Assembly: GCF_006345805.1 (NCBI RefSeq)
Contig: NC_042997.1
Location: forward strand, 310,001-374,000
Direction: 5' to 3'
Source: Octopus sinensis
Lineage: Eukaryota
Length of the DNA stretch: 64,000 bases
The notes beneath the pieces are model-generated. The model was not told the DNA's origin. It did not search any database and worked only from the letters and a program-made list of their open reading frames with translations. Made by a program: the position numbers and the translations under genes. How positions within the stretch are numbered: position 1 is the stretch's first letter; each line of letters begins with the position of its first letter. Below are positions 1 through 13,759 of this stretch, piece after piece.

Positions 1-422
1 AAGTAGGGTTTAATTTTCCCCTTTTAAATTAAGTATATAAGCAATTTATATTACAGCAGAAAAATGTCTTGGTTACTATGAAACTTAACATTTGCTCTAT
101 AGCTCTTTTGAAAAAATGATTGAGAATGAAAATTTTCCTCAAGATTGTTATGTTTGAACAAATCATTGTTAGACTTAGGTTAGTTTAGCTTTTCCCTTGG
201 TATATGAGTCATATAAAGCTATCAACTAATGTACCGGTTGTTTTAACATCACGATGATGCAATCAATATATTCATTGCATAGATATTCAATTGTCGTTGA
301 TACAGTCCGCCTAACCAGCAATTAAGTATTCTGTTCAAGTAGAACCTGTCACTAACGCAGAGGGACTATTATAGAAATAATGGTTATTTCGCTACTTTTA
401 TTTCAGCTTCATTTTATTTCAG

Positions 423-562
423 CTACGGTAACAAATAACGAACAGAGTACACTTGCAGTTAATTTCACAGTTAATTTTATGAAAATAACATCAAAAAGCA
501 ATTTTTTAATGTCACATTCAGAAGGAACTTCCCTTGTGACTTTCACGGGGTCACTGAGAATG
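423..562 (+). CDS. Candidate internal exon of an unidentified gene (ATVTNNEQSTLAVNFTVNF...TFTGSLRM)
   Basis: Acceptor ttttatttcag at 412-422, 140-nt open frame, donor ATG|gtatga at 562/563. No homology recognised; may be chance. Confidence 0.2.
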
Positions 563-1300
563 GTATGAAGAAGGCACTAAAAAGAAGCTTCGATGTACGA
601 ATTGTTACTAATCACTATATTGGTTCTTTGAACTAACCCAGATCGATTCAGAGGCTGCAAGTGGACTGAGCAGCAGCACCACATAACAAACAGTATACAC
701 TTTCAACTCTACCCTGTAACATATAATGGCACATCTCAAAGATGTTTTAAGAAGCAGTGAAACAAAATATCGAGGTATTTCAAACCCTTGAAACAAATTG
801 AATTCTGCAATATGACTGAAGGCCAATCAGAGTTATTACATTGGGCAATGTTTAGTCATTTCCAAAAGAAAACGGGCCATGATTGCCGTTGTTTAGCTCC
901 CTGTCGGCTCTGATCTACCCGACATATAGTATATAAACAGATAAACATGTCTATATGTATGTCATGCATTATAATTCTCAATGCCGTTTTATCAACTTAA
1001 GTTGGTAGGATGGGATCTGAGGGAAATTTAGCTGCTATTTCTAAAACATGAAGCAGCTACATGAAGGCCACTCCTTTGTTTTATTACTATTAGTTTTCTT
1101 CATGGAGTGATTCATTTGTCATCTGTGCGATTCTCAAATTTAGAGGTAACTGCATTTCACATTGAGTTCAAGTAATAAAAATGAAAGCAAATAGATATAC
1201 GTAAGCTATAATCTCATACATGAATAAATACTCATTCGGGAGAGAAAATATACAAACACTGAAACGCTAAAACTCAGTTACATCATATACTGATGCATAA

Positions 1301-1465
1301 GCGCAGTTATGGCCGTGTGGTTAAGAAATTCCCCTCGCTACCATGTATTTTCAGGTTCGGTTCCTCTGCGCGACAACTTGGTCGATTCGCCTCTACTACA
1401 CACCCGGGCTGACCAAGGTCTTGTGAGTGAATTTGGTTGACAGAAAATGTGAGGACGACTATCGT
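1301..1465 (+). mobile_element. tRNA-derived SINE, CORE-like family, degenerate
   Basis: A-box-like ggccgtgtggttaag and B-box-like ggttcggttcc; body aligns by eye with copies at 12103, 53180, 63889 (ttgtgagtgaatttggttgac). Confidence 0.75.
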
Positions 1466-1473
1466 ATATATAA

Positions 1474-1695
1474 AGTGAGAATTTTCAAAATAAAATAACA
1501 AAAACAAAAAACAAAAACAAAACAAAACACGAAGACAGGAGTGTAAACAACAAACAGATGTATTATTTTAACGCTCGGGAAGTGAGAAAGTCTTTTACGT
1601 CTCGAGCCTACGTTTTTCGACAGAAAGTAACACAGAAATAAATAGGGAGCGAAAATAGAAAAAGGTAATATTGGCTAGCGATCTATCGTGGCGAA

Positions 1696-1697
<2 letters not shown>
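1474..1697 (-). mobile_element. Penelope-like element 3' terminal fragment
   Basis: Near-identical to 38900-39095 and reverse complement of 21180-21330, both of which terminate PLE coding fragments. Confidence 0.7.

Positions 1698-1772
<75 letters not shown>
1698..1772. repeat. (TA)n microsatellite
   Basis: Directly visible; many similar tracts elsewhere, e.g. 2310-2380, 36440-36627, 43940-44030, 48040-48130. Confidence 0.95.
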
Positions 1773-1775
<3 letters not shown>

Positions 1776-2306
1776 TTGCGAGTATATATCCTACAGGGGA
1801 AGCTTAGCTTAATTTTAATCTTAGTGTGGTCGGTAAAATAAAATGCTACGCCTTCTATATCAGAAGTTATTATAAGCAACGTCGTTGACAGAATCATTAG
1901 AGAATCAAACAAAATACTTTACACTAGATGTTTTGGAACTTCTATTCTGATTTCAATTGTCGACTTCGTCATCATTACCCTTCGACTACAGAGGGGCCCA
2001 TAAAACTAATTCTTTCGTTCCCCCAAATTTACGAATTTTTCTCTACGTAAGAAATCAATATTTGCGAATACTGTAGTTTTCAATCGTCCTTTGTAAACTT
2101 GAGTATAATGTTTTTATGAGTGGCTTAATGGATACGTCGTTCATTAGCGTTCATTGTAAGTAAGATAGACAGAAAGATTGCGACGTTGCAGCAATGCAGC
2201 ATCCATCAATGACTGATGTCATTGAGTTTCAGTTCATTTCTTTACCATTGCCCAAAATTTCCGACAGTAAATCTAGTAATAAAAGTTTATACTTAATATG
2301 CATATA

Positions 2307-2381
<75 letters not shown>

Positions 2382-3479
2382 GCATACACTTATATATTTA
2401 TAAATATAGAATCTATCTATCTATCTGTCCGTCTGTCTGTATGTATGTATGTATAATGTGTGTTTGTGAATCTCGGTTTGTCTGCCTGTATGTGTATATA
2501 AAACATTGTGTGGAAACTTAAAATTTACGTAGGAAGAGTGAAAAAACTGCATATTTTTTTTATATATGCAAATAAGTATACACGCATACATTTATATCAA
2601 AAATCTTCAATGTTCTTTCTCTCTGTTTAGTTGTATTTATTAAATGTTCAAAATGAGTTCCTTTCACCCACGTCTTTTTTTTTTTTCAATATGAAAACCG
2701 ATTTATAATATTTTTTTGTGTTATGAAAATCACAATTTTACGACTTTAGTTTCTTTGTACAACTTCTTTTTACCATTAAATCATTGAAATCATTTGTAAT
2801 GCATTGAAAGGAAAAGAGGAAATAAACACAACATATATACATGTTATACAAGAAATTAGTTACTTTTTTTTCTTGCAAGAGTTGATGTTATTTTATATTT
2901 TCCTCTTAAATATGTTCAATATTGAAATGAGAAAGATTATAATTAAATAAAATGAACATTCATCGCATAATTATTTTCTTTTGAAACTCATTCAAGCATT
3001 TTTCAAAAGAATATTCAGTTTAAAATGTATTATGTGAAACGAAAGCTTAATTTATGAAATGATTATGTGTAAGATTTACATTTCATAGATGGATAATTTT
3101 CTAGTTGACTATTAACAATTAAAAGTTAGAAATAACCTTATGTTTTAGAAATTATTTGAAGGGGAATGGTAAATATATGTAAATAATAAATATTCAATAA
3201 AGAAACGATAGCGAAGTCTTTTGGCGTGTATTCTGCGTTTATTTCTCGTCAATATGTTCAATTACAAGCGAGAAAAAGCAAAACTTTATTTCGTTTACCA
3301 AAACACTTATGGTGGCACAAAAATAATTGTTTTCGTTTTGTTATTTTAAAAATTAATGATTATTTAGGAAGAAACTACATCTTTTGTTCGTGCAAACTTG
3401 CAGCGTAGATTCTGGTCTATTGATTTATGCTAATGGCTTTGCTTTTACTATTTACTCTTCACTGTTTTAGTTTGCGAAA

Positions 3480-4400
3480 TTAAGATGGCAATAAAGAAAG
3501 TAAATTCGAGAGTTTTACTGCATATGGTTCGAATGTAGCGCAGACCAAAAGAAACCGCTTCCAAATTCACGCAAGCATTTGGAGAGAGGGTAATAAATTG
3601 AACATAAAGATCAACATTTATATTTGAAGATTTTCGTATTGGAGCCGAGAGCCTCGACGATGAGAAAGACTGCGGACGACTTTCCGCAATTAACAATGAC
3701 CAGTTGAAGGCTAATATTAAAGCCGCCCCACGCAAAGCATCTCGAAAGGCTGCAGAAGAATTATTAGCTGAAGATTCAAAATTAAAAACAAAATGAAAAC
3801 TATTGAGTGCCACGTGAGCTGAACTAGAAAGAAATTACCATTACGATATCTGCTATACGTATGTATTCCCCAAGAAAAAAACTATCTATTTTACTGAATA
3901 GTAACATGTGCCTAAAAACAGAATTCTATATAACTGACAGGATAGGCCGAGTTGAACCGATGCTATATCAAAAATGGTTATGCTTAGGTTTTGTTGATCA
4001 GCAAACGGAATCATACCCTACTATTCCTTTGAAACCTGGTGAAACCATGACAGAAAATCGATTGCTAGGAAAAAGCAAGAAAATTCATTTTTACACCGTG
4101 TATGGGCCAGGCGAAAGGACTAATTCTTTTCCATTAAAACACCGCGCGTCTTGAAAAATAACTACGTAAATGGAATAAGTCACGAAACGCTACATCATTC
4201 ACTTTTTTCTTAGCTGTTACTCCTACCAGTCACTGCATTTTCAAGCATCTCGATGCTTTCCAGCAAAGAAAGGTATTTAGCAACCGGGTAATTGGAGTTG
4301 AAATTCCCTTCGAAGACCAGATTCTAAATTGTAGAGTTCTATAAAACAGAAACTTATTCATTGTTGAAAGGAAAGTAAAGACTCCAATTTTCATTAATAT
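3480..4400 (+). mobile_element. Highly decayed mariner transposase remnant
   Basis: Piecewise translation gives FTQAFGERV..., FRIGAESLDDEKDCGRLSAINNDQLKANIKAAPRK, (W)VPREL, LKPGETMT, HFQASRCF/FKHLDAF, matching mariner HTH and DD34D regions with many stops and frameshifts. Confidence 0.75.
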
Positions 4401-4414
4401 AATACTGTTTTAAA

Positions 4415-4415
4415 G

Positions 4416-4451
<36 letters not shown>

Positions 4452-4500
4452 ACACACACACACACACACACGCACACACACACATACACACACACACACG
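4415..4500. repeat. (CA)n microsatellite
   Basis: Directly visible. Confidence 0.95.
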
Positions 4501-6104
4501 AACTCATACATGTATAAATGTATAGTGTTTAGGTATAAACTATGAACGTCGTTACAGTTATACTCTACATAAATAGTAAATTGTAAGGTTGGTGTTTTAC
4601 AGTTATTCCACATAGCTTCAAATACGTTGTACTGACTTATATAAACGTACAAACATATATATCTACATGCATGAATACCCACATAAATGCTTACTTACAT
4701 TCCTATATATACATATAAATATAAATACATTAAAGTTGATAACGAGTGTCCTAGATAACTAGATAACATTGGGAACTCTTAAAAAATTGCTTTCAGCTGT
4801 AGCCTTTTGGGTATACTTGCCAGATCTTACAAACTTGAGGATGTGCACATCAATATTTAGAAGTGTATTCCGTTGTACAACACTTTTTTAAACAACCAAT
4901 AGATTTGAAAATATTTCCACAGGTTCTGGGAATTATGCAATCTTGTTTCATGAACATAATGTTGAAAACTGCTATCTCATCCAATGACTTCATTGGTGAA
5001 AATAGAGGTAAACTTTGAAAAGACAATTACAATCATATTTATCGCACGTCAGCCATACCCCACCCACTCCATAAATTGTGATTTCGTGCAGCTCGCTTAA
5101 ATACTGCATGGGAAAGGCGCACATGTTTACGAAAATATCTACATGAAAAGGATCATAAAACGAATACATCTACGTACACAGACACACAGTCACACACTCA
5201 CGCACACACACACACACACATACACACACACAGATTTATGAAATTAACTTCGAGAATGCTGCCCCATAATAAGCAGCATTCCGGGAATGTCATGGTATAA
5301 AACCAAACTGTGAGGCATGATGTCTTGGTCAAAATAATATACATTACAATCCGTAGAAAGGATAACTCAGGGGATAAAAATGTGTAATGACACAGCCGTG
5401 TGTAAGAAACAAGATTCTCTGAACAGAAAAGAATACTGGTGAAATATTCCTTTCAGAATCTCAATAAAATGAAAACTCAACAAATTAGTCATACGGAACT
5501 GCGAGAGAGCAAGGAAATAGTGCTTAGTAGTGGAAGTCATTTGCCAATCAAATGGTAACACAATGGAAAAGTTTAGCCGATCTAATGAGAAAGTTGTCTA
5601 TGTTCTACCCATATCATAGCTTTATATTTATACTAATAATTTTCGGGAATTGTGTTACTAATTGCCTTAATAGCAATCTTGAAATGCAGGATTATAAAAA
5701 TAACAATAGAAGAGACACAGGTAATTAGGAAATCATTATCTTGAAATGAAGCATGCAATAAATCCATATGCACAGGTATATACTTGCAAACATATCTCTG
5801 TGTACACATACTTGTCAAAACATAATATGCATACATGCAACAACATCTATGTTTGCACACTTGCATGTGTTTGAAAATATATACGTACATACATGCGTAC
5901 AAACACACCTGGTGATGATAACAAACTTATATGCCAATTTTAGAGTGCGAAGTTGTTTTTTTTTTCGTAAACTGGATGACCTGCTCATTAAATTAGCATA
6001 CAAAATGGCTGGGTTTTCTATAGACACATATACTCTTAATGCAATTCTCAAGTAGAATCAGTGTTACACGCACCCATTGAGACTGGACATTTAAATTACA
6101 GGTA

Positions 6105-6275
6105 TATTTCACTCGACAGTATTCTGTATAGTTCCTGTTCACCCAAATTCACTAGTAACACTCGGGGGCAATCCGAGGTTCTGGTTGATACATGTATTCA
6201 AGATGCTGCATGTTAGAATAGAACCCGCCACGTCACAGCTGCGGTGCAAAATTCTTAATCACCCAGCCATGCATG
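6105..6275 (-). mobile_element. Degenerate CORE-like SINE
   Basis: Reverse complement reads gcatggctgggtgattaag...gtgaatttgggtgaacagg, aligning with the 1301 and 12103 copies. Confidence 0.55.
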
Positions 6276-6304
6276 CGTATGTACATACATGCATACATAG
6301 AATA

Positions 6305-8059
6305 CTTAGAATAAAATATCACAGAGGTATATTCCAATGAGACAGTCGTTCTGTGATGCTGTTTATACTTTCTGTAAACCCTTTGTCATTCATGTTAAAG
6401 AAGCCCGAATAGTATCTCACTGTTTCGTAAGGAAAGAGAAACACCAAAATTCCACATTTTTACCTTTGTGGATGACTTGAAAGTATATACCAAGAATATG
6501 CATAAGATGAAAAAGAGCATTGACCTGTTTACAACACTCTCAAAGAATATGAGTTTGGAGTTTGGTCAGGATAAATGTTGCCATATGTTTGTGAAAAGAG
6601 AGAAAACCGGAAGCCAGACTAGCACAACTCCATCAATGACTTAACTGTATCTCCTGACGAGAAATGTTACAGGTACCTTAGGGTGGATGGAAACATATCT
6701 TTCGAGGGTATCTGTAACAAGACACGTGTGACTGAAGAATATTATAGCCGAATAAATAAAATATGTATCTCGGAACTCTCTCCATTCAATGAAACCATAT
6801 GTTTGTAGTGCCACTACTCATACGAACATTGGGGCTACTTGATTGGACGCTTGAAGAGATATGTGCTATTGGTGTGGAAAACCGGAAGATACTAAACAAC
6901 ACATTTAATTTTCCCAATGACGTCGACCGCCTCTATCTGGAAGGAAAACAAGGGACTAAAGGCTTATCATCGATTCGGACTGCCTTTGAATATCGTATCA
7001 TCTCCCTTCGGCAACATCTTTTAACCATCAAGTATCGAAGTGCATCCCTTGACCAAGTTTGCATACAAGAGGCTTATAACATCAATGGACTTGGCAAGCA
7101 GCTCCTTGAGCCGCATTCCTTGTCTGATAACCTGAAATATATGTCCAAAGAGGTCACAAGACTCTCCTCCACATATCATCAAATGAAAAGCCGAGCGTAT
7201 ATCAGTAGAAGATCATGCATGGAGATGTCTGTAGAACGCTCAGAGATGATAGTAACATTGATCATCAAAGTAGTCGATCATGGACCAACAATCAGATTAC
7301 TACATCTCACTTTGAAGAGTATGATATTTTCAATTCAGGAGCAGGAAATATCAAACACCTGATACACAAAAGGGATAGAGATGTAAGGAAAGCAGCAAAA
7401 TATGGTAGCCGATGCACACTTGTTAAGATGTGGAGTTAATCCTGAAAATATCACCCACATCATAAGCAATTGTCCGAAAATGTCATCACGGTATTATCTA
7501 CTATTGTATCTAAAACTTGTGAGTGATTCGTCGGAAGGATAACTCTGAGGCCAATGAAATAAGAACCCACTGTACTGTAGAAGCTGTAGCCACTCATAAA
7601 AAGAAAAAGTATTGCTGGAATGTCCCAGTGAAAACCTCAATAAAACGTAAAAATAATCGACTTGACATATTGATTTGGGATGAAAAGAAAATCTGTGCAG
7701 AGTTATGGAAATTAGCTGCCCAGCGGATGTTAACATTAAGCTGAAGATCAGAGAAAGGAGAATACCTACACTGAATTATTGAGAAATTTGCAGTCACTCT
7801 GTCCAGAGTACAAGTTCAGGTTTATACCTATGATTAATGGGGCACTCGGATAAGTAAAACACACTGCATAATTACTAATCTGGAGAAATTAGGCTTTTCA
7901 AAACTAGAGAGAAGAAAGCCACCTCGAAGACTGCAGGTCAGTGGAACCGTAAAAATCTGTAAAACTTCCCACCAGTTTATTATTTAAGTATATAACCGCA
8001 AGACTAGACATCCAGCTATATTCATGAGAATCCATACATAAAACAAACATACAAATCTG
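6305..8059 (+). mobile_element. R4/Dong-clade non-LTR retrotransposon (RT + RLE), 5'-truncated and decayed, copy 1
   Basis: IKYHRGIFQ.., FVDDLK, RT thumb (LGLLDWTLEEI), C-terminal IPVKTSIKRKNNRLDILIWD; collinear with copy 2 (8341-10210) through the 3' UTR ending caaatctg. Confidence 0.85.
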
Positions 8060-8209
8060 CACGTGTGCTGACTCCAAATACTGCACTTATACATACATGC
8101 AAAAGCATCCTGTTGATGTTGTCGAAATTTCAGTGAAGGAGCATTGGATCTAGGTAAGTAATGGGCTCTTTCTCTACTGACAAGAAATCTTGAAAAAAAA
8201 TTGAATAAT

Positions 8210-8309
8210 GACATACACACTTACGTACATGCGTACATACATACATACATCCATGCATACATGCACACATACATACAAACATACATACATACATACATAC
8301 ATACATACA

Positions 8310-8340
<31 letters not shown>
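8210..8340. repeat. (CATA)n microsatellite on the 5' side of R4/Dong copy 2
   Basis: Directly visible. Confidence 0.95.
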
Positions 8341-10210
8341 GCTAGAAGCCCTTCAACTTGCTCAAGTTCCAGTGAGAGTAGTCAAAGCCATAGCTGACCT
8401 GACTTCATCGTGGGCCACTATCTTGAAATTAAACACAAGGAGTGACTGTATTATTACCGATAGAATACAATATCGCAAAGGCATATTCCAAGGGGACAGC
8501 CTCTCTGTGATGTTGTTTATACTTTCTGTAAACCCCTTGTCATTCATGTTAAGGAAGTTTGAAGGGTATCTCACTGGTTCACGAAGAAACAGAAATGCCA
8601 AAATTACACACTACTTTTTTGTGGATGACTTAAAACTTTATGCAAAAGACACTTGACCTAGTTACTACATTCTCAAAGGATGTAGGGTTGGAGTTTGGTC
8701 GGGATAAATGTTATATGATTGAGAAAAGGGGGAAAACTATAAACCAGACTAGTAACATCTCCGTCAATGATTTGAATGTTTCCCCTGTATCTGACGAGGA
8801 ATGTTACAGGTATTTAGGGGTGGGTGAAAATATATCTTACAGTGGCACCTGTAACAAAATACGTGTCACAGCTGAGTAAAGAAAATTTGAAGCTCAGAAC
8901 TCTCTGCATTCAATAAAACAGTGGCACACAATATGTTTGCAGTGCCAGTAATCATGCCAACACTCGGGTTGCTTGATTGAACGCTTCATGAAATCCGAGC
9001 AATTGATTTGAAAACTCGAAATATACTAACAAGCACGTATAATGTCCACATAAACACCGATGTAGACCGCCTCTATGTAAAACGTAAACAAGGTGGCAGA
9101 AGCTTAACATCGATCGAAAATGCCTTTGAATGCCGCATCATATCCCTTCGGCAACATATTTTAACCACCAAGCGTCGAAGTGCATCCCTTAACCAAGTTT
9201 GCATACATGCATAAGACTTGGAAGGCAGCTCCGTGGATAACGCTCTCTGTCTGATAACCTAGAACACATGCCAAAAGAAGTCGCACAACTCTACCGCAAC
9301 ATATCATCAGATGAAAGGATAAGCCTATATGAGCAGAAGACTATGCATGGATATGTTACTAGAATGCTCCGTAATGATAGTAACATCGACCATCAAAGCA
9401 GTTTCTCATAGACCAATAGCCGGATTATTACCTCCCACTTTGAAGGGTATGCATTTGCAATCAAGGAACAGGAAATATAAACCAAGTACCTGATGCACAA
9501 AAGGGATAGAGATGTAGGAAAAGCCGTGAAATGTGACAAACGATGCAGAATTTGTGGAGTTCTCACTGAATTTATCACCACTATCAAAAGAAGTTGTCCG
9601 AAAATGTCATGACGGTATTATCTACCTATGAGACATGACATTGTAGCTAGGACACTCTATAATGAAATCCAGCGGAAGAATAATTCGGGGGACAAAGAAA
9701 TAAAAACCACCAATATGGTAGAAGACATAGCTACTCATAATGAAAAAGATTACTGGTGGTATGTACCAGTGAAGACCTCAATAAAATGTAAGCACGGCAG
9801 ACATGATATAATGATTGGGGATAGAGAAGAGAAACTGAACACAGTTGTGGAAATTAGCTACCCAGCGGATGTGAACGTAAAGCTGAAGGTCAGTGAAAAA
9901 GAGAACACCTATGCTGAACTATTGAGAAATCTACAGTTACTCTATCCAGATTACAAGTTCAGGTTTATACCTGTAATTATTGGGGCCCTGGAATATGTAA
10001 TACACTGTCTAAACATCAAACTTGAGAAATTAGGCTTCTCAAAACCAGAAAGGAGAAAGGTAATTCGAAGGCTACAGATCCAATCCATCATTGAAACTAC
10101 AAAATTTGTAACACTTTTCAGAAGTTTATCATTGAAATATATATGAGCATGTCTAGATATGTACTCGTAACTCTATGAATGAGAATACATACAGAAAACA
10201 TACAAATCTG
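8341..10210 (+). mobile_element. R4/Dong-clade non-LTR retrotransposon (RT, CCHC-like knuckle, RLE), 5'-truncated, copy 2
   Basis: GIFQGDSLSVMLF and YFFVDDLKLY (8201-8656 ORF); CRICG..SC and RH motif near 9545-9640; RHDIMIGD..VVEISYPAD RLE region in ORF 9628-10146; several stops and frameshifts. Confidence 0.9.
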
Positions 10211-10212
10211 AA

Positions 10213-10297
10213 CATACATACATACATACATACATACATACATACATACATACATGCATACATACATGCATATATACAGACATGCATACATACATAC
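10213..10297. repeat. (CATA)n microsatellite on the 3' side of R4/Dong copy 2
   Basis: Directly visible. Confidence 0.95.
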
Positions 10298-11004
10298 AGG
10301 ACTATACATTATCTGAATTACAACAAATGAGTCTTATTTCTGGGTCGGAAGCAGTTTTTCATTATTGGGGAGAAATTGAAAAAAAAAAAATCAGAAGAAA
10401 TAAATACACGCATACATTAGCACATACATACACGCATGAAATAATAATAGTTTACTGCAATAAGGAGGGAGTAGTTATCAAATTTTTCATCGCCGGACGA
10501 AAGTCAGCTTTTCTCGTAAATATGGCTTAGAGTTAGGAACTATACGAGCAACGTTCCAAATATCTACAACATAAACAATCCCCATCAGAAGAGCCTAAAT
10601 GTCCTAATATTTTGTGAATTCACTACCACTATATATGAACGAGGACAATAAATATATAGTGACAGAAGGTGGAAGTATTTATTGCAAAATATTAACATTC
10701 GAAAATTAGTATTTGAGATAAGTGACATGGTCTCGAGCGTCACATTTTGTTAAACCTTGGCTCCTGTAGAACATTGTATTCCTCAAAATTAAGATTAAGG
10801 GTTCCCATATTATATTACATATATTGGGTTACGCAGGCATAGTAGGTCTTTGAAAAACGTTTCGCAACATTGAGATTATTGTTTCGACTTCATGTGGTAG
10901 TATGATGGGTAAATATAATTTTCTGTAGTCTCGGATCGATCTGTTATGTCTTGTAAGAGAAACCAGGTTGAGAGAAACTGTATAGAACGTTTCTGAATTG
11001 ACAG

Positions 11005-11150
11005 AATCATTAGAACGACGGAATCTAGTTTTTTTACATTCTGAGCTCAAATTCCATTGAGGTGAAGTTTGCGTTTTCTTGTGTAGGGGTCGATAAGATA
11101 AGGTACCCATTATGTATCAGAGTTGATATAATTAACTCACTTCTCAAACA
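11005..11150 (+). mobile_element. Degenerate SINE of the 12575 family
   Basis: acattctgagctcaaattcc...ggggtcgataagataaggtacc aligns with 12575-12806. Confidence 0.6.
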
Positions 11151-12102
11151 TTCCTAAATTGCAAGCAGTCAACGTGCTTCTGGTAAGGTCCTAGCTAAGT
11201 GAATGAAGCCAATTCGAAGCCCTTAATTCCATATGCAAAATTATTGTTGATATATCAGATACAGCGCAGTTTTAAATTTATGTCGTATGTTAAATCTGAA
11301 AGACCTACTTATATCTTCAGATATATTTGAGACTGATCGAACAAAGAAAATGATTGTAAGGTATCATAAAGTTGCTGTGCGGCGCTTACCAAATTAAAGA
11401 GTGAACTCCCAATGAACCAAAAATCAATATATTTCGATTTTGCTTTAAGACGCTTTACTACAATGTTAGTACATTATTTATACGTAAATGTGAATGTCTC
11501 GATATTCTATTATGGCCATCCATACATAAGCAATTCATGCATAAAATGTTACTTTCATTCCACAATTAATTACAACCAATAAGTAATCCGTATTGTGTAT
11601 TTTCCGACTGACCTGTTTGTCGAGGGGACACTATGCATTAATGTACTTATACATCTGTATCACTCCTTTAAATCAATCTTCGCTAGATTAAAAAATAAAA
11701 TGCGTATTTATGAAACATTAGTCTCAGTTTAATACTCAGCATATCTATCTAATTCTCAATAACACCGACTATTCTGAGATAGATAATGATAACGGGAGAA
11801 TCTCAGCGTTAGAGAAAGAGGTAATTTTAATACTGTAGATAATGCCGCCAATCCATTTGCTATAATATATTTTTAATGTCATAAAATCAATTTTCTTTTA
11901 AGCGATACATAGAAAACAAACGAAATAATAAATATAATAAAATTTAGATAATAATCTTAAATTAAGTAAGAAGATTAGATTATGAAAAACTATAGTATGA
12001 TACTGATTTAAAGATTCCATTTTGTATCATTTCATTTAAATTTCCAAGTGCGCCAAAAACAAAAATGCAATAATATTCCAGATTTTACAATATTACGTAG
12101 AC

Positions 12103-12260
12103 GCAGATATAGTTGTGTGGTTAAGAAGCTCGCTTTGCAACTATGTGGTTCCAGGTTGAGTTCCTCTGGACAGAATATTGGGCAAGCGTTTTCTACTCTG
12201 TCACTAAGCTAATCATTGTCTTGTGAGGGAATTTGGTTGGCGGAAAATCTGTTGAAGCTA
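12103..12260 (+). mobile_element. CORE-like tRNA-derived SINE
   Basis: gttgtgtggttaag A box; ttgggcaagcgttttctact CORE-like core; aligns with 1301 and 53180. Confidence 0.75.
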
Positions 12261-12485
12261 TATTACATTACAGGGACATGCAGAGAAACTGATAGATTTG
12301 GCACCAGACTTCAAATATAAATTTTAAAAAAAATAACTACAGGGTTATATGTGTTGGGATGAACACTTCAACATGGCTGCAGGCTATGATTTAAACAGGT
12401 AAAACAAAAAAGATTAAAGAATCGCAGAGAGGTGGAGAGACAAACATTCCTGAGTAATTGACTGTGACCAATTTTGTGTGTACGC

Positions 12486-12547
<62 letters not shown>

Positions 12548-12574
12548 TTGTTTACATATATATATATATGTATT

Positions 12575-12806
12575 GAAGGCGGCGAGCTGGCAGAAACGTT
12601 AGCACGCCGAGTGGAATTTCGTAGCCGTATTTCGCCTGCCTTTACATTCTGAGTTCAAATTCCGCCGAGGACGACTTTGCCTTTCATCCTTTCGGGGTCG
12701 ATAAATTAAGTACCAGTTACGCACTGGGGTCGATGTAATCGACTTAATCCCTTTGTCTGTCCTTGTTTGTCCCCTCTATGTTTGGCCCCTTGTGGGTAAT
12801 AACGAA
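12575..12806 (+). mobile_element. tRNA-derived SINE, near full length (gcctttcatcctttcggggtcgataaa central domain)
   Basis: A box gagctggcagaaacgttag, B box gagttcaaattcc; near-identical inverted copy at 38230-38460. Confidence 0.85.
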
Positions 12807-12929
12807 ACACGCATATATATATGTCTGCCTGTCTGTCTGTTTGTATGTATATGAATATGTGCACACGCGTGTTATGTGTGTGTGTTTTGACAAAGTGCGC
12901 AAAAGTATGCAATATTATTCCACATGCTG

Positions 12930-13180
12930 GGGTGAGTGAGCAGGTATTGAGAGAATCAGAAGTGGCGGGGTCGAGAGATGAGTTGGAAGTGGTGGAATGT
13001 GTAGTATTGTGAAGGCTGATGTAGCGTGTTGCATTATCAATAGATGTTATTATTCAGGGATGGTGGAAGCAATAGACGTGAGAAGAGAAGTAGGTGTGAT
13101 GAGCGAATGGAGGAACGTGTATTTAAATAAAGGAAAAGGATCTAGAAAGCATCGTCGAAGAGCGAAGTTGGGTTGGCGGC
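12930..13180 (+). mobile_element. Decayed RTE-like LINE RT fragment
   Basis: Pieces EVAGSRDELEVVE and SEWRNVYLNKGKG resemble the RTE KAAGPD..E and DW..S..V..YKGKGD motifs. Confidence 0.4.
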
Positions 13181-13759
13181 AATGGGGAAATACTGAAGTA
13201 TACAATCTGTAAAATTTAACCCGAACACCCTGTATACACACACGCATATATACGTATATAGATATAAACATATACACACACTCACACACTCACACACTTT
13301 CATACACAGACAGATGTGTGTGTACGTGTAACGTGGTTGTGTAGTACATGATTTCAAGTCAAACTTCATTCAAATGTTGCATTAATGTTTGATATCATTA
13401 AAATTGGCAGTTCAGCCGTCACTACCAAGCATCCACCCCTTTCTCTCTCTCCCTCGGAGTCTTTGTCTCTCTTTCCCTAACTTATTCTCTATACACACTC
13501 ACAAAAGACAAAGAGATTCACATATACATACATGCGGAAATTTCCCTATTTACGGACAGTTTGGGGGTTTATTAATTGTTGGTAAATAATTTTGGAATAA
13601 AGACAACAACATCTTATTGACTTGGAATGACAGCATGGAAGAATATGATTTTCATCTCCGTTCGTGAAGAATCTATGTATTTAGGTAAGATGTCTTCTGT
13701 AGCCAGAATTTGTTACATAGCATGCATAGGACCATATAATTTGACTTCATTTTGCTGCA

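Noticed and set aside
3448-3813. 121-aa minus-strand ORF with hydrophobic stretches
   Set aside because: Antisense shadow of the decayed mariner transposase on the + strand.
5457-5554. Splice-flanked frame ending SGSHLPIKW, reminiscent of tyrosine-kinase LPIKW
   Set aside because: No upstream DFG or other kinase motif, and phase incompatible with neighbouring candidates.
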